64,000 bases of DNA, from NCBI GenBank assembly GCA_965637545.1, contig OZ281497.1, positions 25,544,001 to 25,608,000 of the forward strand, written 5' to 3'. The notes below the pieces were generated by a model. It saw nothing but the letters and a program-made list of their open reading frames with translations. It was not told where the DNA came from and ran no database searches. The translations under genes were made by a program, and so were the position numbers. Shown here one piece after another: positions 57,467 to 64,000 of this stretch (position 1 is its first letter; each line of letters opens with the position of its first letter). This stretch comes from Phallusia mammillata. Taxonomy: Eukaryota.

Positions 57467-57802
57467 CAGTGGTTCTCAACCTTTCGTGGACCGTGCCCCC
57501 CTAAAAGTAACTTTTGGGCCTCGTAGCCCCCTCCACTAACCCTGTAGGACCTGTGGCCCCTTCAAAAATGTAAATGGCAATCTCGTGTTGGAATTTGGTA
57601 CTAATTTCGAATTTGAACAGGTCTAATAGAGTAAACAAGAATCCGTAATTGTGAAAAACCTCAATATAGACAAATAGTATGTGAACTAGTCGATTAAATT
57701 AGGGAATAAAGTTAAAAAGGAAATGGCTTTTAGTGGGTGTTTTTGGTGAATCTACACCTATGGCCTCCCTGGGGGGCCATGGGCCCTGGTTGAGAACCAC
57801 TG
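57467..57802. mobile_element. hAT-type MITE
   Basis: TIRs cagtggttctcaacc / ggttgagaaccactg. Flanks gtctaagc / gtcttagc (7/8). Confidence 0.85.
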
Positions 57803-58776
57803 GTCTTAGCAAATGGCTTTGTTTGCTATTGCCGAGTTTAAGGCTGATCCCAGGATCCCAGGAGGAGATTGGATTTCTTTACTGGTGTGGAATTTCTAAC
57901 TTTTTGATCTAATTTTATTAAACATCAAGAAGTGTAAGAACTAAAATGTATGCAGTCATATAAACGGGTTTATTCAGAAGCATCGCACGCATAAAAGTTG
58001 CTTTGTAGGCATTGTGTGGATTTGGGGGTTACAAAACATGTGTTTATGAACGATTAAACACGTGAAACTCTTTTTAATTTTTTTAGGTCATGCTCGGGCT
58101 TGTGTTTTTTTAAATACGAATAAGGATTAAACTCGTACTATGCTACATTTGTCGGGTAAAATTTCTTTTTTCGTTTACCTTGTGTTTCAGGTTTGTTGAA
58201 AGGGTTATATTTCACTATGACATAAACTTACCTCACATTGTTGAAATTGAATTTTCCTGCTAATTGCAATCAACAATTATTAATCTTTGTTGTTTTGTGC
58301 AGTTCAATTAAACATATTAAACTTTGACCATGGGCCAAACGAGAATTGCTCTAGTTCAAAATGTAAATGGACCAGCTAATACTTTCAAAGTGTTACTAAG
58401 CTGTTTGTAGTTGTTTAGATCGCTATGTCACAAGTTATGCTGTTTCCGGATTAAAACTTTGCTTTCTATTGTTGTTTTCATCCTCCATTGACCCCTTTAA
58501 GCGGGCAGCAGCGCAGTCATGTGACGAAAATCGTTGGTATTAAAAACATTTTGTAAACACAAAACAAAGATCAAATGAGAAAAGGGCAAGTAAGGCAAAT
58601 GGTAGAATGCAAAACTGCTATATATAAGGTAACCGACAGAGTTGCTGAGTTAAAATAGAAGAATTAAATATTACTCGGTTGGTGAAAAGAAAAGTGGCAA
58701 ATATTATCTTCTTTGCAAAGGTTTGAAAACTCTAGCCAAGAGACATATAGCTTGACCAAAGGTTTAACTTAACAGA

Positions 58777-60208
58777 ATGGAAAATGAAATAGGAAATGGG
58801 AAAGTGAAAAGAGATGTCCAGGGCCCAATCTTGTACAAACGAAGATGGGCATTTCTTTTCGGGCTCTCCATTTATCAGTTTTTTGGCGGAATCTCATTTG
58901 CCAGTTACGGTCAAATAAGTAGCTTCTACGTTCAGTTCTTCAACGCCTCGCATGTAGAAGTGGATTGGATCACCAACGCAAGGAATATCAGCGCTATATT
59001 CATCACATTTCCTTTAGCTTGGATGATTTATCAAGGCAAGTTAGGATTAAGAAAACTGGTTCTAATAATTTCAGTGAGTTCAACGCTTGGACTTTTCCTG
59101 GTCACCCTGTCATTAGTAGATCGTTCTCTGTTTGTTCTAATTGTGGTCGGACAAATTCTATGCGGACTTTCGGAGTCTGTTGCAGTCGCTGCACCTTCCA
59201 CTTTTGCTGCTTTGTGGTTCCCAGAAAACCAAGTGGGGTCGGCAATAGCGTTTAACGTTATTGGGATTTGCTTTGGCGATGGGACAGGTTACACTTTGCC
59301 ATCCGTTCTCACAGCGCCGTCTAACCAAACTTTGACAGATGGAACTAATCTAACATTAAATGAACTGGCATCAGGGCAACTTGGATTGCGCAACATGTAC
59401 GGTACCTTTCTGGTTATATCCGCTGTTGTAACAATATTCTTGGCGATTTTTTTCACTGATAAACCTCCCACACCACCAACATTTGCTCAAGAGCTAAAGA
59501 ACTCGGACTCTCAGGAACCTAGAACGTTAAAATTGTTTATGCGAGACACAAAACTGCTTTTTACCAATCCATCTTATGTTATGATATGCGTGGTCATTGG
59601 GCTTATATTCCAATTGGCATTGATTGAAAATATGATGATGTCTGAAATTATTGCCACAACTGGATTGCCATTCAATGGTACTTCGGATCAACTCAGCGGT
59701 TACGTTATGGCTATGTTCAGTATAGGAGGAATCCCGGGAATGCTTATCGGCGGAAAACTCGTAGACCGATGCAAAAGATTCAAACTTCTTTCTATCTTCG
59801 GAAACACAACTGTACTTCTTTCAACAGCAGCACTTGCTGTAAGCGTTTTGTTGAAAAACTCTGTTGGAATGTTTGTAAGCAATGCATTGTTTGGTTTCTT
59901 TACCGGTACAGTAAGCCGTTGTTTTGTTCGAAATGGCCACACAGCTGACTTATCCAGTGGACGAGACACTGGTCAACACTTGGATGACCGGCATTCAAAT
60001 GACCATTGCTCTATTCCTTGGACTTTTCGGGAGGCTTACCTTTGATAACTGGGGAAGTGGAGGGGTGCTATTCTTTCAGTGCGCTTGTGTGGTGTTTGCT
60101 TTATTTTTATGCTGTTTGGTTTCCTCGAGAAATCGCAGACTGGAAGTTGGTTCCAGAGATGAGGAAAATCAACATACTATGCATTCACCTTTAATCCCTT
60201 CACATTGA
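58777..60208 (+). pseudogene. Full-length FLVCR-like copy F with a single +1 frameshift (or sequencing error)
   Basis: Removing one A at 59913/59914 (gtaagcc > gta gcc) joins ORFs 58777-60045 and 59924-60208 into ...GTVAVVLFEMATQLTYP...SPLIPSH*. Confidence 0.8.
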
Positions 60209-61109
60209 GAGTTCGCTTATTTCATCTCGATTAACGATTGTTAATTTGGAATATTTGTAAAATATAAATTGTAGGAAAATTATAACCCAAAACGACGAGA
60301 CATGATTTAATATTTAAATGTTCCGGCAAATCCTTATCCCATCATGAGTGATATGAGGCCCCATGTCAAAAGCGTTTAAAAACTATAATATCTCTTTATA
60401 AGTCTATTTGGGTCGTTATTTTCCTCATTAAAGTTATGATCAGAGCCGTGTATAATGTTTAAAAAATTATGTTATTATCAATAAAACGAAAACTAGTTTT
60501 AATTGATTGTTGTTTATTTTTTGTGTACATCAACGAATATTTGCAGTTATTTAGGTCTAAATCTAAGCTGTTTAACAGAATGGCTAACACATCAACAGAT
60601 TTTTGACCAGTGGTGATTAAACTTTTTAGGGGTACGCTACTTTAACAAAAACTTTGTCGTAAACTGCATGGTTGAATCCTTAATATTGAGTATTGAGTTA
60701 AATTCGGGTAATGAAATGTTGATTGCCTTTCTGCTATTAAACCCACACTAAAGACAAGGGGTGTCATATTAATTAGGCAAAAATGTTGTTTTAGGGATTT
60801 AACAACTGATACTAACTGACACTTATAAAGAGAAAAACGTAAATTATTTTACTACCGAAACCACAAGTGCTTAACATTGACTAGACTTTTTTGCCGTTAC
60901 AAACAAAGTTCTCATTGTGTTTGAAGTACTTTTAAAATAGTTAAAATAAGTCCATTGTGTTAAATTATGTACATAAGTCTGATCAAAAACATGCAACAAC
61001 CTACTAAAATGCCCCTTAAAAGTCAAGCACGGAACGATATCACAAACAAATCAAATACGAAAACTATAAATAAAATCACGGCGTAAGTAGGGGGTATGAT
61101 TACTGTTGA

Positions 61110-61870
61110 TTGCATTTTCTCCTTTCACCATTTCCAATCTTCGATTGTGAGTTTAAACAAAACAACTTAAAAACAATTTTGCGGTTGCGCATGCGCACTG
61201 AAAGGAAATGGCTTCCCCTAAGGCTTCCCCAAATGTTAAATACAAGCCTTCCCAACTAATTTGCAGCTTGAATCTCAAACATTAAAGTTGTAACCAGAGT
61301 TTCGTCAATTGTGTAAGTTATTTGGGTTATCATTTCAAAGAAACTTACACAAATAAAGTAAAACTAAAAGTCCAACATTGCGTTGTTAACAAAAATCCAT
61401 GCTGCGGTCTTGAAAAATAACGCTTATAGCAATAGCTATTGCCGTTACAAAAATTGATGCATTTCCAATGCAAGTTGTTTCTATCGTTTACAACGGTCCA
61501 CAACTTTGCCTCCAATGACGAGACCCGGTAAACCTCCTAAACTAAACATGCTCATATCCGCCCAATGTAACAAGTAACAAAGTTTGTGATAAATCAAAGT
61601 CAGTCATGATTTCAGACATCATTAAATTTTCTGGCATAAAAGTTAAAGCCCAAAAGAATACTAATTAATATGTGTGACGGATTAGTGAAAAGTTGTTTAA
61701 TCACTTTGTAAAACTTGTTTAATGTTCTATCCACTTGAAGATCTGTGCTCTTCCGCTCTTGAGCTGTCGTGGGTAGAGCTGCCGGTTTGTCAGTTAAAAA
61801 TATCATCGTCACTACAGCTGATACAGCAAAATACGAGTTGCTTATTTCGTACAAAACAATTACCAAACCA
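61110..61870 (-). pseudogene. Heavily decayed FLVCR-like pseudogene (C-terminal ~60%)
   Basis: Minus-strand segments FLTDKPAALPTTAQE, MSMFSLGGLPGLVIGGKVVDRCKR*, FEMITQITYTIDETLV and HNRRLE. Confidence 0.8.
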
Positions 61871-62061
61871 TGTTAGATTTCCCATCTCTGTTAAGTTAGC
61901 TTAAGTAGTGGTCACGTATTTTTGTTTCGGTAAACTCTTGCTTAACAAATTAAATCTAAATATGGAAACAGGTTTCAAAGAAGCAGAATCAGTCGATAAT
62001 ACTTAAGGAAATATATTTCGCCTATTGGGATCGTCAGTTTCAGTAAAACCATGCATTAAAC

Positions 62062-62619
62062 CAGGGGCGGGCAACATACGGCCCGCGGGCCGGACCTGGC
62101 CCGCGACGGGATTTTGAGCGGCCCGCAGACAGTTTCTGGTCTTACATGATAATGTGGCCCGCGGCCACAGTCTGCCGCAATCCCCCACTACTTGTTTACT
62201 ACGTCAAAATATAGTTGTAACGGACAGTAACGCTACCCAATAGCAAAAAAAAACTTTCCCGCCGTTGTTACCATTGCACGATACATCCATTGTTACGACA
62301 TAACTGCCAACCTTGTGTGTGGCCTGCTTTCACGGTTTCCTTTGTTTCCACACGTGTAGCCTAGTTAGTATTTCTGCAGTATCTAAGTCTGTGGTTTATG
62401 CATTAAATTTGCTGTGGCGAATAATTTTATGTTATAGTTAGATTGTTTGGACTGTATTGTAATTGTGACGTTCTTGATTGTATTTGGTTTAAGTGGTCAA
62501 AAATCCGCTTTGAATCACTGGATAAATACGCGATTAATGTATCGATTCAGGAATACGGCCCGCCAAGTACTTCATTTTCCTATATCAGGCCCGCCGACTG
62601 GAGAAGTTGCCCGCCCCTG
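62062..62619. mobile_element. hAT-type MITE (CAGGGG family, 558 bp)
   Basis: caggggcgggcaac / gttgcccgcccctg. Exact 8-bp TSD cattaaac. Confidence 0.88.
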
Positions 62620-62700
62620 CATTAAACCAACAATAAAATGAAGATAAAACAACAATTAGCTAAAACCACGACACAGAACCCAAACCATTTCACAGGTGGA

Positions 62701-62896
62701 CAGTGCCGGATTAAGGGTCTGTTGGCCTGTAGGCACATTTTATAAATGGTCCGAAAATCAGGGTTGACAACTAAAAAAATTATAATTATCAGTGTTGCCA
62801 AATCATTGTCACAAAGATTGTTGTTGTAAAGTGGCCTGGTTTTTTGACTGGCCTGTAGGCACGTGCCTACTTTGCCTAATGGTTAATCCGGCACTG
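62701..62896. mobile_element. hAT-type MITE (196 bp), same family as 11053-11768
   Basis: cagtgccggattaa / ttaatccggcactg. Exact 8-bp TSD caggtgga. Confidence 0.88.
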
Positions 62897-64000
62897 CAGG
62901 TGGAGAAGCGCTGACTGTGCGCGTATGGGTCTAGCAAGCAACGTTGCCAGAAACCAGCACACAAATCGAGTGTTATCAAACAGACGGTTGAAACGTGATG
63001 AAATCTTTGTTGTTGTTTTGTTGTGCTGAGTTTTGTTCCTGCAGAATGTTTTTGCGTTGTGCCTTCCGCCGCTAATTCTTATCTTTTGTTCCGCACGCAC
63101 GTTGTCTTAGGTTTGTCGTTTTTATGCCATCATTCTATTGTTGTTTTAATGCATGGTTTTAGAGAAACTGACGAGGCCAACAGGCGAAATATACATTTTC
63201 TTAAGTATTATCGACTGATTCTGCTTCTTTGGAAACTTGTTTTCATATTTAGAGTTATACTTGAAAAAAGACAGTGATCGTCAAGTATGCTGCCTGTCAG
63301 AGGGTCAGATGCCGCGCAATCAAAAGATTCTAAATTATAAATTAAAAACCTTCAACATAAAATTATCGACTAGGCATTCTTACAGTGAAACTATATGTTG
63401 TATTTGTTTTAACCTTTGGCTTTTTGTTTTTCTATCTGTTTTACGTTTGTTAATTTTCATTACTACCCCGTTTCTATTTAATCAAGTTCGTTTCGATCGC
63501 AACCACTGACTAAGCGCGTAGCCTTAATTATAGACACCTACACCTTTTCTTTAGGCATAATTTAAAATCAGGCGTGGCTTTTTTTCCTTGGCGATTGCCT
63601 AACGAGAGAGCGGTGTTAATCTTGTTTGGTTGGCACTTCAGCGACTTGTTCCGTTTTGTGGAAACCTTGTTTCCAGTTGGTCACGTTTTTATTAGTTTAA
63701 TAAGTGCAAGCTGCGCAAAACTCTGTTACTTGTATCGCGCCTTTCAGATTGCTTTCAGGAAAAGTACAAAAGTTCAGATCTGCTTATCAGCCTCTGTTTC
63801 TGCGAAAACATTAAGGGCAGCACGAGGCCTATTAGAGCAGTGCCCTTTACGCAAACATTAGCGCTACATGTTTCTTGGAAAAGATTAAAAAAACATGTTA
63901 GGTTTCCAGCTGATTTCTGACATATTAAAAATCCATCTCCTATGCAACATTGTCGGCAAAACAATTTTGCAATGTAACAGTAACAATGTTTTGTTGTTGC

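Noticed and set aside
58617-58630. TATA-like tatatataag ~150 bp upstream of copy F
   Set aside because: Common by chance in AT-rich DNA and not conserved upstream of the other copies.
1-64000. CRISPR arrays, rRNA/tRNA genes or prokaryotic operon structure
   Set aside because: None seen. All repeats are explained by eukaryotic transposons or segmental duplication.

Overview
Eukaryotic, AT-rich animal genomic DNA. An invertebrate such as a tunicate is only a guess from the transposon repertoire. The window is dominated by a tandem array of intronless major-facilitator (MFS) transporter genes of the FLVCR/SLC49 type. It holds 7 intact copies (313+, 16878-, 32096-, 39860-, 45514+, 48117+, 54954+), 2 full-length copies with one lesion each (6115- nonsense, 58777+ frameshift), 5 decayed pseudogenes and 3 short fragments. 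Very similar young copies lie on the left and divergent older copies on the right. A ~6.8 kb unit (pseudogene + intact gene, convergent) is tandemly duplicated, with the crossover inside Penelope-like element (PLE) remnants. The second unit carries a recent full-length BEL/Pao LTR retrotransposon (20060-28473; 679-bp LTRs with 6 differences; 5-bp TSD; two in-frame stops). Also present are PLE remnants with hammerhead-ribozyme cores, a deleted Mag-type Gypsy element, a 5'-truncated L1/Tx1 LINE with TSD, CR1/L2-type LINE remnants and many MITEs. The strongest candidate for new biology is the transporter array itself. By manual alignment, the paralogs lack the aromatic choline-binding residues of FLVCR1/2 and carry paralog-specific acidic residues at putative cavity positions. 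Family assignments are from recalled motifs, not database searches.
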